Counted from the stretch's first letter, positions 1 through 10,013 are shown. The stretch is DNA of 64,000 bases from Deferribacterales bacterium (GCA_050251875.1 JBFWMA010000004.1:1-64000), one strand, 5' to 3'. The notes: generated from the letters alone by a model not told the origin. Numbers and translations are program-made.

Positions 1-109
1 GAAAAAGTCTCCTTGATGTAATTGTTATTGGAAAATCAATATACCATCTATGTGAGACTTTTTCTATTGTTATCCTAGCTATAACAACAAGTTATCGCAC
101 TATATCAAG

Positions 110-2725
110 ATGCGAAACTTGAGTTATAAAGATATAGAAATACCGAAATCGCTGATGGGCGTAATCGGTCACATGAAGAGTGTGGATGAGTACAGAGAGG
201 AGCTTCTGCGTCTGGGGGCTCAGTGGGATCTGCTGACTATTCTGGGGCAGATGGTAGGCACCGGAACGGACATGACAAGCACCAGAAAGGGTTTTTCTGA
301 CCTGACAAACAGGCTTCTGTGCCAGCTGGGCATGGAAAACGTGCGCAAGATCATTCAGGAGATCGGGTCTAAGGCTCAGGTGGCGGTGGATATTCTGATC
401 CGCAACCTGTTCGAGAGAACAGCGGACATCGGTTTCTTAGCCACGGATGACGACATCCGGGAGTTCATCCTGAAGACGGAGGAGCTGAGCAGTCCTGTCC
501 CTCATAACGAAAATGAAGATGGCGAGATAATCAACCGCACAAAAGAGAAAGAGATGCTGAAAGCGGCTCTGATAGAGCGTTTTCAGGAATATACAGCGAA
601 ATATTCCGTCTATTTCAACATAGTGCTGATGGATACGGACGGCAACGTTCTGGTTCAGCTGGATCAGAAGAACAAGGTGACAAAGAGCGCCGATCCGCTG
701 ATTAAGGAATCCATGGAGACAGAGGGCGAATATGTGGAGGTTTACAGATATTCCGATCTTCAGCCTAATCAGAAAAAATCCCTCATATACGCATACAGAG
801 TGACAAGAGAGAACGGCAACAAAGACGAAGTACTTGGCGTGCTTTGCCTCTGCTTCCGTTTTCAGAACGAGCTGGAAGGGATATTCAAAAACCTCACCAC
901 GGAAGGCGACTGGTCGGTTAAGCTGATTCTGGACAAAGAGGGTGTGGTGATAGGCTCATCTGACGGCTATCAGGTGCCGATAGGCTCACGCATGGATATG
1001 GTTCTGGATAAGGAATACGGGCTTATCAAGTTCGCCGGAAAGAAATATATTGCCAAAACATGCCCGACAAAGGGCTATCAGGGGTTCTTTGGTCTGGGCT
1101 GGCGGGGACACGTCATGATCCCCATAGAGCAGGCGTTCGAGAATGACTGCGACTGCGACTCCAAAACACAGATAAACGAACAGCTTCTCCATGCTGTGAT
1201 GAGCGACCCCAGACTCTTTTCAAACGAGCTGAGGAGCATCCCCGTGCAGGCGGACAAGATTCAGAGCGATCTGGAGCGAACCGTATGGAACGGCAACGTG
1301 AAGGAATCCGACCCAGCATCGAAAGTTCTGCTCTGGAGCATCTCCGATTCCGGCGCCAAGACAAAAAAGATTTTCGAACAGTCCATAGGCAACCTGCACA
1401 AGACGGTCATCGACTCCATGATGAGCAACGTGTGGTTCTGGGCGGCTCTGGCTGTGGACATCATGGACAGAAACCTCTATGAGCGAGCCAACGACTGCCG
1501 GTGGTGGGCGCTGACGTCCAGGTTCAAAAAGATTCTGGACAGCGGCAGCATCACCTCCGAGGACAAGGAGACCATCTCCGACATCCTGGCTTATATAAAC
1601 GGGCTCTACACGGTGTATACCAACCTTTTCGTCTATGACGCAAACGGGCGCATACTGGCGGTTTCCAACCCCACGGAAGAGCATCTGGTAGGCACCGTTC
1701 TCACAAAAGATTTCGTCAGAAACACTCTGGCTCTCAAAGAGAGCAGTCAGTACAGCGTTTCGGCTTTTGCCCCTTCCGAGCTTTACGGAGACAGACACAC
1801 ATACATTTACGGCGCATGCATAACCTCCTTTAACAACGGACACAGGGTTCTGGGCGGTATAGGCATAGTTTTCGACAGCGAGCCACAGTTCAGGGCTATG
1901 CTGCACGATGCTCTGCCCAGAAACGAGAAAGGCGAGGTGGATGACGGCGTTTTCGGCGTTTTTACCGACAGAAAAGGAAACGTAATCAGCTCCACAGACG
2001 AAAGCATAGTCACGGGAAGCCAGATGGAGCTGGACAGGGATTTCTTCACCATGAAAAACGGCGAGGGCACATCCCGCATAGTTCAGTACAACGGATACTA
2101 TTACGCCGTTGGGGCGCACACCAGCAGCGGATACAGAGAATACAAACAGGGTGACGGATATTCCAACGATGTCATCGCTCTGATATTCACTCCGCTGGCA
2201 AAAGTGTCTGACAACAAAACCGTTGCCGTGAGAAAACGCTCGAACAATATGAAAGTGGGCAAAAAGAACGAGGCGGCGGACTGCATAGAGGTTGCGACAT
2301 TCTTCATAGGCACAAAATGGCTGGGAGTGAAGGCGGATAAGATAATTGAGGCGATAAACCCGGATGGGCTGACGACAGTCCCCGGAAGCATGCCCTTTGT
2401 CAAGGGACGCCGGATATACAAGGACATCCCCATTCTGGTGGTGGATATCAGATCCATACTCGATCTGCCGGAGAAGGAGATGGATTCCGAGACACAGATT
2501 ATAGTTCTGAGAACCGGAGACAACAGCATGTTCGGTCTGATAGTGGACGGTCTGGGCGAGATACCCGAGATATGCAGCAGCAGGGTGGAGCAGTCCGACC
2601 ATGTTCTGGACAGGAGCAAATATACCGAGTGCATAGTGAAGCCCGAGCCGGGGCACGATGACGAAGAGATGCTGATGGTTCTGCGTCCGGACGGCATCAT
2701 CGGAAAGCTGAAAGAGATGCTGTGA
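110..2725 (+). CDS. Soluble protein with two tandem Cache-like sensor modules and a C-terminal CheW domain
   Basis: 871-aa ORF. Internal duplication (AVDILIRNLFERTAD / AVDIMDRNLYERAND; YSVYFNIVLMDTDG / YTVYTNLFVYDANG). C-terminal CheW-like segment (TFFIGTKWLGV...VPGSMPFVKG...FGLIVDGLGEI). No TM helix evident. Confidence 0.8.
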   Translation: MRNLSYKDIEIPKSLMGVIGHMKSVDEYREELLRLGAQWDLLTILGQMVGTGTDMTSTRKGFSDLTNRLLCQLGMENVRKIIQEIGSKAQVAVDILIRNLFERTADIGFLATDDDIREFILKTEELSSPVPHNENEDGEIINRTKEKEMLKAALIERFQEYTAKYSVYFNIVLMDTDGNVLVQLDQKNKVTKSADPLIKESMETEGEYVEVYRYSDLQPNQKKSLIYAYRVTRENGNKDEVLGVLCLCFRFQNELEGIFKNLTTEGDWSVKLILDKEGVVIGSSDGYQVPIGSRMDMVLDKEYGLIKFAGKKYIAKTCPTKGYQGFFGLGWRGHVMIPIEQAFENDCDCDSKTQINEQLLHAVMSDPRLFSNELRSIPVQADKIQSDLERTVWNGNVKESDPASKVLLWSISDSGAKTKKIFEQSIGNLHKTVIDSMMSNVWFWAALAVDIMDRNLYERANDCRWWALTSRFKKILDSGSITSEDKETISDILAYINGLYTVYTNLFVYDANGRILAVSNPTEEHLVGTVLTKDFVRNTLALKESSQYSVSAFAPSELYGDRHTYIYGACITSFNNGHRVLGGIGIVFDSEPQFRAMLHDALPRNEKGEVDDGVFGVFTDRKGNVISSTDESIVTGSQMELDRDFFTMKNGEGTSRIVQYNGYYYAVGAHTSSGYREYKQGDGYSNDVIALIFTPLAKVSDNKTVAVRKRSNNMKVGKKNEAADCIEVATFFIGTKWLGVKADKIIEAINPDGLTTVPGSMPFVKGRRIYKDIPILVVDIRSILDLPEKEMDSETQIIVLRTGDNSMFGLIVDGLGEIPEICSSRVEQSDHVLDRSKYTECIVKPEPGHDDEEMLMVLRPDGIIGKLKEML

Positions 2726-2777
2726 CAGAGAGTTATATCATAAAAATGTAATTAGTTCTATAAAACTAAAAATATAA

Positions 2778-2806
2778 TTGACAATGTGCCGTCAGAGGCA
2801 TAGATT
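2778..2806 (+). promoter_or_regulatory. Sigma70-type promoter for the permease/arsC operon
   Basis: TTGACA (2778-2783), 17 nt spacer, TAGATT (2801-2806); GGAGG RBS ahead of ATG 2826. Confidence 0.6.
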
Positions 2807-2825
2807 TGTTTCATCGGAGGATCTG

Positions 2826-3980
2826 ATGAGAGAGAGAAACAAATTTATTCTTCTGGCGGCAGTGTTTGCCGTGCTTTATTTTACGCCTTTTCAGTCCGGA
2901 AGGGTGTCTTCAGCCATTCTGGAGAGCTTTTATCTTCTTAACGATTATGTCAGAGAGCACACCCTGACGTGCCTCATTCCGGCTCTGTTCATAGCCGGCG
3001 CTATCAGCGTGATGGTGTCGCAGGCTTCTGTAATCAGATATTTCGGAGCGGATGCCAAGAGGATAGTGGCATACGGCGTGGCTTCCGTGTCCGGCAGTAT
3101 ACTTGCCGTTTGTTCCTGCACCATTCTGCCGCTTTTTGCCGGGATATATAAGAGGGGCGCCGGTCTCGGACCCGCCATCGCTTTTGTCTATTCGGGTCCG
3201 GCGATCAATATTCTGGCTATCGTTCTCACCGCCCGCATACTGGGCTGGCAGCTCGGTCTGGCTAGAGCAGTGGGCGCTGTTCTGTTCTCTGTGGTGATCG
3301 GCGTTATAATGGCGCTGATATTCAGAGAGGACGAGAGAGAGGCACAGCAGGTGGGCAAAGCGTCTGACGGTGACGGATCGCCCGCTTTTACCATTCTGTT
3401 TTTTGTGGCTATGACAGGCGTTCTGATATTCGCCACCTGGGCAAAACCCACAGAGGAGGGCACTCTTTTTGCTCTCATCTATCATTATAAATGGTTTCTG
3501 GCGCTTCTGAGTCTTGTGTCCGTTGTCGGGCTCAGCTTTGTGGTTCTGGACGCTGAGAAGAGGCGTCTGTGGGTCATGGAAACATGGGAATACGCCAAAC
3601 AGATCATTCCTCTGCTGTTCATCGGTGTTCTTGTCGCCGGACTGCTTTTGGGCAGACCCGGTCATGAGGGAATCATCCCGTCTGAGTGGGTGGCTCGTCT
3701 GGTGGGCGGAAACGGATTCGGCGCTACATTCTTCGCCTCCGTGGTGGGCGCCTTTATGTATTTCGCCACGCTGACGGAGATACCTATCCTTCAGGGGCTT
3801 CTGGGCTCCGGAATGGGCAAGGGACCCGCTCTGGCTCTGCTTCTGGCAGGACCTGCGCTCAGTCTGCCGTCCATGCTGGTTATCAGAAGTGTCATCGGAT
3901 GGAAGAAAACCATTGTATATGTGAGTCTTGTAATTATTATGTCAACTATGGCCGGAATGATTTTCGGTCAATACTTATAG
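2826..3980 (+). CDS. ArsP/DUF318-family permease
   Basis: Highly hydrophobic; motifs LAVCSCTILPLFAGIY, SGPAIN, MYFATLTEIPI, LLLAGPALSLPS. Start set at ATG 2826 after GGAGG. Confidence 0.85.
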   Translation: MRERNKFILLAAVFAVLYFTPFQSGRVSSAILESFYLLNDYVREHTLTCLIPALFIAGAISVMVSQASVIRYFGADAKRIVAYGVASVSGSILAVCSCTILPLFAGIYKRGAGLGPAIAFVYSGPAINILAIVLTARILGWQLGLARAVGAVLFSVVIGVIMALIFREDEREAQQVGKASDGDGSPAFTILFFVAMTGVLIFATWAKPTEEGTLFALIYHYKWFLALLSLVSVVGLSFVVLDAEKRRLWVMETWEYAKQIIPLLFIGVLVAGLLLGRPGHEGIIPSEWVARLVGGNGFGATFFASVVGAFMYFATLTEIPILQGLLGSGMGKGPALALLLAGPALSLPSMLVIRSVIGWKKTIVYVSLVIIMSTMAGMIFGQYL

Positions 3981-3989
3981 GAGATTGAT

Positions 3990-4268
3990 ATGAAAATAAA
4001 AGTTTTAGGACCCGGATGCAGAAATTGTCAAATTATGCACGAAACAACACTTCAGGCTGTAAAAGAGCTTGGACTTGACGCCGAAGTGGAATATATAAAA
4101 GATATGGTCGAGATATCAAACTACATATTGGCCACACCCGGTCTGGTTGTTAATGAAAAAGTTGTCCACGAGGGTAAGCCGCTGCCTACTTTAAGCGAAG
4201 TCAAGATTCTGCTTAAACAGTCCACACAGGGCAAGAGCGGCGGATGCGGGTGCTGCTGCGGAGGATAG
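3990..4268 (+). CDS. Small thioredoxin-like redox-active disulfide protein with Cys-rich tail
   Basis: MKIKVLGPGCRNC (CxxC), cis-Pro loop ATPGLVVN, tail GGCGCCCGG; GGAG RBS. Confidence 0.85.
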   Translation: MKIKVLGPGCRNCQIMHETTLQAVKELGLDAEVEYIKDMVEISNYILATPGLVVNEKVVHEGKPLPTLSEVKILLKQSTQGKSGGCGCCCGG

Positions 4269-4685
4269 ATGAATAAGAAGAGGGTTCTTTTCGTATGTAT
4301 TCACAACAGCGCCAGAAGCCAGATGGCAGAGAGTTATCTTAACGCTCTGGCGCCGGACAGATATGAGGCGGTCAGCGCGGGGCTCGAACCCGGCCGCCTG
4401 AACCCTTTCGTTGTGCGTGCCATGGCGGACGACGGAATAGATATCTCATGGAACAAGACCAAGAGCGTGCACGGCTTTCTGGGGCAGAGCTTCGACTATG
4501 TCATAGCTGTGTGCGACAAAGACGCGGCGGACAGATGCCCTGTGGTGCCTGTAACAGGCGAAAAACTCCACTGGCCTTTTGACGACCCGTCATCTTTCAA
4601 AGGCACAGACGATGAAAAATACCGCTTCGCCCTGTCTGTCAGGGATTCTATCAAGGCGAAGATAATCGATTGGATAGCCTGTTAA
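4269..4685 (+). CDS. arsC: Arsenate reductase (LMW-PTPase/thioredoxin type)
   Basis: VLFVCIHNSARSQMAE P-loop, VCD...RCP, HWPFDDP. Confidence 0.9.
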   Translation: MNKKRVLFVCIHNSARSQMAESYLNALAPDRYEAVSAGLEPGRLNPFVVRAMADDGIDISWNKTKSVHGFLGQSFDYVIAVCDKDAADRCPVVPVTGEKLHWPFDDPSSFKGTDDEKYRFALSVRDSIKAKIIDWIAC

Positions 4686-4776
4686 AAAAATAATTAAAAT
4701 TTAACATGACAAATATGAAAATTCGTATATATTGATTTCGGTTATGAGCATAAGCCTATAAATAAGGGGTGTATAG

Positions 4777-5739
4777 ATGACTGAAACATATGAAAAGAAC
4801 AGGCTGAGAAACTTCCCTGTGACACTCTTTTCAACGGTGATGGGCGTTACGGGGCTTGCCATCGCCTTTCTGCGCTACGGCGCTGTGATGCAGACCGACA
4901 TGTCGCCGGCAAAATATCTTCTTTTTGCTGTCAGCGTGTGGTTTGTAATTGTTCTGACGACCTACATAGCGAAACTGATTAAATATCCCGAAGCGGTGAA
5001 GGAGGAGTTCTTTCACCCGGTTAAGCTGAATTTTTTCCCCACCATGTCCATCTCTCTGCTGCTGCTCAGCATCGGATACGAGGGCATATCTCACGAGGCG
5101 TCCAGATATCTGTGGATGCTGGGGACTGTAATTCAGATCACTTTCACGTTTATCATCATAGATATATGGTTTTTCGGCGATTTTAAGATCACCGCTGTCA
5201 ACCCCGCCTGGTTTATTCCCGTGGTGGGTAATATTCTCGTTCCTGTTTCCGGCGTGAACCATGCCGGAGCGGAGCTTGGCTGGTTTTTCTTTTCCATCGG
5301 AATCGTGTTGTGGATAGCTCTTTTCACCACGGTGGTCTACCGTATGATCTTCCACGAACAGCTTCTGGCAAAGTTTCTGCCCACGCTGTTCATCATGATA
5401 GCTCCGCCGGCGGTCGGGTTTATCTCATATGTTAAGCTCACAGGCTCGCTCGATCCTTTTTCCAGAATACTCTATTACTTTGCCCTGTTCATCACTCTGA
5501 TGCTGTTCTCCATGTTCAGAAGACTGAAAAAAGTGCCTTTCTATGTGTCTTGGTGGGCATATACCTTCCCTCTGGACGCTATGACTATCGCCACCATCCT
5601 GATTTATAAGATGACGAAATATCCGCTGTTCCACACACTGGCGACATTTCTGCTGATTCTCACATCGGCTGTGGTGACTGTTGTTTTCATCAGAACGGTA
5701 AAAGAGATGGCGGGCGGCAAGGTGTGCGTGCCTGAATAG
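4777..5739 (+). CDS. SLAC1/TehA-family anion channel (tellurite resistance/dicarboxylate transporter family)
   Basis: Multi-TM; HPVKLNFFPT, PAWFIPVVGNI, IAPPAVGF, SWWAYTFP. Confidence 0.85.
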   Translation: MTETYEKNRLRNFPVTLFSTVMGVTGLAIAFLRYGAVMQTDMSPAKYLLFAVSVWFVIVLTTYIAKLIKYPEAVKEEFFHPVKLNFFPTMSISLLLLSIGYEGISHEASRYLWMLGTVIQITFTFIIIDIWFFGDFKITAVNPAWFIPVVGNILVPVSGVNHAGAELGWFFFSIGIVLWIALFTTVVYRMIFHEQLLAKFLPTLFIMIAPPAVGFISYVKLTGSLDPFSRILYYFALFITLMLFSMFRRLKKVPFYVSWWAYTFPLDAMTIATILIYKMTKYPLFHTLATFLLILTSAVVTVVFIRTVKEMAGGKVCVPE

Positions 5740-5742
5740 GCT

Positions 5743-6585
5743 TTATTTCGCCCCTGATTTAAATTTTTCCACTGTGTTCCTGATGCGGATCAGGTTCTCA
5801 TAGTCTCTGTATCTGGCGGGCACAAAGCGGTCTATGCTCAGCTCGCCCAGAACTATGCGGCCCTCTATCTCATCGTCCATATTCAGCAGGATGCTTTTCA
5901 GCCTGTTGTATGTGTATTCGTCCATAGAGGGCGAAGCCACGAAGGGCGGAGCGATGACCTCAGGCGATCTGTGGATCACTTCTATGGATGTTGTCTGTTT
6001 CGGATTATTCTTCTGATATTCGTCAAAGACCGCGCCGTCAACGGCGGCGGCGTCCACCACTCCCTTATTCACCAGATATATGGACTGTTCGTTGCTCTGG
6101 GTGTAGAAGGTTTTTTTCAGCACCTCTTCCGGAAGCTGTTTGAATGTGCTGATAATGAGATATGACGGATAGAGCGATCCGCTCCCAGTGAGCTTGTCGG
6201 TGAAGGCGAACGTTTTGTTCTTCAGCTCGGTCACCTTTTTTATCCCGAATTTTTTATTCACGATTATGTAGGTTTTATACGAGTGCCTGCCGTTTATCTC
6301 CGGTATGGCGATGATGCGTATCCTGCCCTTGGAAGAGAAAGCGGTGGAGCAGACAGAGGCGAAGTCCACCTCGTTGTTAGCCAGCTTGCTGTCCACGTTC
6401 TCATAGCTGTTCTCCATCACGGGTTCTATCTCTCTGCCCAGTTTGCCTGACAGATAGCTGTAGAAATCGTTCAGGGCATAGTCCGGCGTTCCCTCCGGCA
6501 CGATGGAGGCGATGCCGAATTTCAGCGGCTGGGCGAAGGAGACCGAGCAGATAAGCAGTATGAATATTATTCGGATTATAGCCAT
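5743..6585 (-). CDS. PhnD-like periplasmic oxyanion-binding protein (AioX/ArrX-like)
   Basis: Signal peptide; VDFASVCS, YKTYIIV, FAFTDKLTGSG.LYP, VDAAAVDG, PPFV. Confidence 0.75.
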   Translation of the reverse strand: MAIIRIIFILLICSVSFAQPLKFGIASIVPEGTPDYALNDFYSYLSGKLGREIEPVMENSYENVDSKLANNEVDFASVCSTAFSSKGRIRIIAIPEINGRHSYKTYIIVNKKFGIKKVTELKNKTFAFTDKLTGSGSLYPSYLIISTFKQLPEEVLKKTFYTQSNEQSIYLVNKGVVDAAAVDGAVFDEYQKNNPKQTTSIEVIHRSPEVIAPPFVASPSMDEYTYNRLKSILLNMDDEIEGRIVLGELSIDRFVPARYRDYENLIRIRNTVEKFKSGAK

Positions 6586-6633
6586 AAATGATTATAGTGC
6601 TTTAAAAAGATTTTCGCCATAAAAAGAAATTCT

Positions 6634-6728
6634 GTCATTGCGAACCAGGACTAGGCTGAGTGAAGCAATCTTAAAGCGGTAGTTTTGAATGGATGAGATT
6701 GCTTCGTCACAGTGTTCCTCGCAATGAC
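6634..6728. repeat. Inverted pair of GTCATTGCG-type palindromic repeats
   Basis: GTCATTGCGAA...GAAGCAATCT (6634-6671) facing GAGATTGCTTC...CTCGCAATGAC (6695-6728); same ends as the GIY-YIG element at 39.0-39.7 kb. Confidence 0.85.
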
Positions 6729-6750
6729 GAAGCAACCTCCTTGAAGTTTA

Positions 6751-8679
6751 TTACAGAAGAACGGATTCAGCCAGCACTTCGGCTATGTCTTTCACAAAGA
6801 TGCTTTTGGCGTTCAGATCCTTCATGCCGTCTGACATCATAGTCATGCAGTAGGGGCATGCTGTGCAGAGTGTTCCCGCTCCTGTGTCGAGCGCCTGCTG
6901 GGCACGGTTCACGTTTATGCGTGATCCGATCATCTCCTCCATCCACATGCGTCCGCCGCCGGCTCCGCAGCAGAATGACTCCTCTTTTGTCCTTTCCATC
7001 TCAGTGGGCTCTTTGCCTGTCAGGGCTCTGATGATGTCTCTGGGCTGTTCGTAAACACCGTTGTGTCTGCCCAGATAGCATGAGTCGTGATATGTCATGG
7101 TGGCGTTCTTGTGGCTGTCTTTCACCACGAGCTTTCCGGTCTTCACCAGATCGTTTAAGAGCTCGGTGTGGTGGATGACCTCCAGCTCAATGCCGTATTG
7201 TTTATAGTCGTTTTTCAGAGTGGTGAAACAGTGGGGGCACTGTGTGATTATCTTTTTCACGCCTCTGGTTTTGAACATTTCCACGTTTTTCAGCGCTGTC
7301 TGCTCGAACATATATTCGTTGCCCAGCCTGCGCAGGCTGTCTCCGCAGCAGAGCTCGTCTTTGCCCAGTATACCGAAGCTGACTCCGGCTTTTTCCATCA
7401 GCATAGCCACGGCGAGGGTGACCTGTTTGCTTCTGGAATCAAAGGCTCCGGCGCATCCCACGAAATAGAGATACTCTGTCTCGCCTTCGGCGAAATCATT
7501 TACCTTGAGCTGGCTGAAAACTTTTGTACGCTCACCGGGAGCGATGCCCCAGGGGTTGCTTCTCTGCTCCATGTTTTCGAACAGGTTCAGCAGTTCCTCG
7601 GGAAAATCAGAGTGCATCTGCACCAGATTGCGTCTCATCTTCATTATCTTCGGAGCGTGCTCTATGAACACGGGACAGACTTCCATACAGGCGCCGCATG
7701 TTACGCATGCCCATATGGTGTCTTTGGATATCTGATGCGCTCCGTCACCTATCAGTCCGCTCTCGTCAGCGTTCAGGTTCTCCTTGATGCCGTGTATGAG
7801 AGTTCTGGGGTTCAGGGGTTTATCTGTGAGATTGGCGGGGCAGTTCACCTGACATCTTCCGCACTCTGTGCAGGTAAGGCTGTCCAGCAGGTCTTTCCAT
7901 GTGAGATCTCTGTAGTTGTCCGCGCCCAGCTTGTTGTCCAGACTGAATGTCTCTCTCTGGGGAAGCACAGGCTTGTCCAGCGCCTTGAAATATACGTTGG
8001 GGATAGCTGTGATGATGTGCATGTGCTTGCTGTAGGGGAGAAAGTTAAGAAATCCCAGAAGCAGCACAGCGTGTATCCACCAGAATACAGCGCCGGCGGA
8101 TTCTATCGCCTCGGGTGTCATTCCGGCGTACATATTGGCGAAAACGGATGATACGGGGATTAGTCCGCCGTTCAGCTCGCCCAGAGCTATCTCCGCTCCG
8201 GTGAGCCCGAAATAGGCTATCATCAGACCGGCGATGGTGGCGAGGATGCCGAACGCCTCAAAAGTTCTTGATTCAGGGTACAGAGGTTTTATGATCTTTC
8301 TGCCCGCTGCCAGAGCCACAGCTATCAGCACCAGCACTGATACGAAGTCGAACATGGCTTTCAGCACATAAAGGGCTGAATCGGGAAGCAGTTTGAACGA
8401 TACAGAGGGGAATATTCCGTTGATGATGAACTCGGCGTTTGCCAGCACCAGCACCAGAAATGCCCAGAACAGCATAGCGTGGTTAGCGCCGAAGCTGCCT
8501 TTCGTCACGCTCTTCTGTTCCAGAGCGTTGTTAACCATGGCGGCGAGTCTTTCGGATGCCCTGTCGGTTCTGTTTACGGGCTTTCCTCTTCTCACCAGGG
8601 AAAATTTCTTGTTCAGGCTGTATGCGAAGAACGCCAGCGAGAACAGAAGCACGGGTATAAAAAGCATGTTATTAACCAT
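6751..8679 (-). CDS. Membrane-anchored Fe-S oxidoreductase (FadF/HdrD-like, candidate ETF:menaquinone oxidoreductase)
   Basis: N-terminal TM domain with conserved His (WWIH, SKHMH); CTECGRCQVNCP and CVTCGACMEVCP; two CCG domains (ELCCGD, SFCCGAGGG). Confidence 0.85.
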   Translation of the reverse strand: MVNNMLFIPVLLFSLAFFAYSLNKKFSLVRRGKPVNRTDRASERLAAMVNNALEQKSVTKGSFGANHAMLFWAFLVLVLANAEFIINGIFPSVSFKLLPDSALYVLKAMFDFVSVLVLIAVALAAGRKIIKPLYPESRTFEAFGILATIAGLMIAYFGLTGAEIALGELNGGLIPVSSVFANMYAGMTPEAIESAGAVFWWIHAVLLLGFLNFLPYSKHMHIITAIPNVYFKALDKPVLPQRETFSLDNKLGADNYRDLTWKDLLDSLTCTECGRCQVNCPANLTDKPLNPRTLIHGIKENLNADESGLIGDGAHQISKDTIWACVTCGACMEVCPVFIEHAPKIMKMRRNLVQMHSDFPEELLNLFENMEQRSNPWGIAPGERTKVFSQLKVNDFAEGETEYLYFVGCAGAFDSRSKQVTLAVAMLMEKAGVSFGILGKDELCCGDSLRRLGNEYMFEQTALKNVEMFKTRGVKKIITQCPHCFTTLKNDYKQYGIELEVIHHTELLNDLVKTGKLVVKDSHKNATMTYHDSCYLGRHNGVYEQPRDIIRALTGKEPTEMERTKEESFCCGAGGGRMWMEEMIGSRINVNRAQQALDTGAGTLCTACPYCMTMMSDGMKDLNAKSIFVKDIAEVLAESVLL

Positions 8680-8691
8680 CTCATATTCTCC

Positions 8692-10002
8692 TTACGCGTT
8701 TCTTCTTTTTCTGATTTCTTCAGTCAGGGCGGGGACTATCTGGAACAGGTCGCCCAATATGCCGTATGTAGCCACCTCGAAGATGGGGGCGTCCTTGTCC
8801 TTGTTTATGGCGATGACAATCTCGGAATCCTGCATACCCACAAGGTGCTGGATAGCTCCGGATATTCCGCAGGCGATGTATATCTTCGGTCTGACGGTTT
8901 TTCCTGTCTGTCCCACCTGTCTGGAGTGTGCCATCCATCCGGCGTCCACGGCGGATCTGGATGCTCCCACTGTTCCGCCCAGCTCGTTCGCCAGCTCTTC
9001 CAGAATTTTGAAATTGGTCGGGTTCATCATACCTCTTCCGCCGGAAACGATTATCTCGGCGGCGGATATGTCCATGTCTTCCGCTTTTTTATCAGAAACA
9101 ATTTTGAGAACCTTGCTGAGGATGTCCTCCTCTTTCACCGCCGGATTCTCTTTTATCAGTTCCCCTGTGGCTCCCGGCTGTTTCTCGGGCATGTCCATCA
9201 CTTTCGGGCGGACAGTAGCCATCTGGGGACGGAATTTGTCGCACATGATGGTCGCCATGATGTTTCCGCCGAAAGCGGGTCTGGTCTGCATCAGGTTGCG
9301 TTTGTCGTCTATGTCCAGCCCTGTGCAGTCGGCTGTGAGCCCTGTGGCTACCTCTGTGGCGACAGCGCCGGCGAGGTCACGCCCCATACCTGTGGCTCCC
9401 ATCAGGATTATTTCGGGTTTATATTTTTCGATCAGCCAGCACATGGCACGGTGATATGCCTGTGTGCGGTAGTTTTTGAAAACGGGATTATCGATCTGAT
9501 ATACTTTCTTAGCGCCGTATTCGAAGGATTCTTTGGCGATGTGGTCTACATTTTCGCCCATCACCACTGCGCAGAGCTCGGCGTCCAGCTTTTTAGCCAG
9601 CTTGGCTCCCTCGCCCAGCAGTTCCCATGAAACGTTGGCGGGGACTCCCTCTGTCTGTTCGATGAAGACCCACACGCCCCTGAACTGTTTCAGGTATTCT
9701 TTCAGCTTCTTATCTTCGTCAGACAGTTCCTCTTCGGCTCCGCCTGCCGCTTTCTGTTTTTCCCATTCGGCGAGCTGAGCTTTCTGCTCGTCTGTCATAT
9801 ACATATAGAGGGCTTCGGCGGGACATACCTTGGCGCATTTGTCGCAGCCGATACATTTATCTTCTAAAATGGTGGGCGAGCCGTCCTCGTTCATTTTCAC
9901 GGCGTCCACGGGGCAGGCGCTTTCGCATCTGGCTCCGCAGGCTATACAGGTGTCGGGCTTCAGCCTCGCTTTTCCTCTGGGTTTCTTTATCTTTTCAGCC
10001 AT
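8692..10002 (-). CDS. etfA: Electron transfer flavoprotein alpha subunit with N-terminal 2x[4Fe-4S] ferredoxin domain
   Basis: CIACGARCESACP and CIGCDKCAKVCP; GLTADCT, RPAFGGN, QVGQTGKTVRP, GISGAIQHLVGM. Confidence 0.9.
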   Translation of the reverse strand: MAEKIKKPRGKARLKPDTCIACGARCESACPVDAVKMNEDGSPTILEDKCIGCDKCAKVCPAEALYMYMTDEQKAQLAEWEKQKAAGGAEEELSDEDKKLKEYLKQFRGVWVFIEQTEGVPANVSWELLGEGAKLAKKLDAELCAVVMGENVDHIAKESFEYGAKKVYQIDNPVFKNYRTQAYHRAMCWLIEKYKPEIILMGATGMGRDLAGAVATEVATGLTADCTGLDIDDKRNLMQTRPAFGGNIMATIMCDKFRPQMATVRPKVMDMPEKQPGATGELIKENPAVKEEDILSKVLKIVSDKKAEDMDISAAEIIVSGGRGMMNPTNFKILEELANELGGTVGASRSAVDAGWMAHSRQVGQTGKTVRPKIYIACGISGAIQHLVGMQDSEIVIAINKDKDAPIFEVATYGILGDLFQIVPALTEEIRKRRNA

Positions 10003-10013
10003 TTTCAGCCTCT

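Noticed and set aside
1220..2656. Long antisense or shadow ORFs (also 7168-8151, 8393-9630, 36380-37615, 50594-51565 and similar)
   Set aside because: They lie opposite well-supported genes, lack recognisable motifs and reflect codon bias.
4711..4730. ArsR/SmtB-type operator before the TehA-like gene
   Set aside because: The imperfect AT-rich dyad (ATATGAAAATTCGTAT) is too weak to call, and no ArsR gene is nearby.
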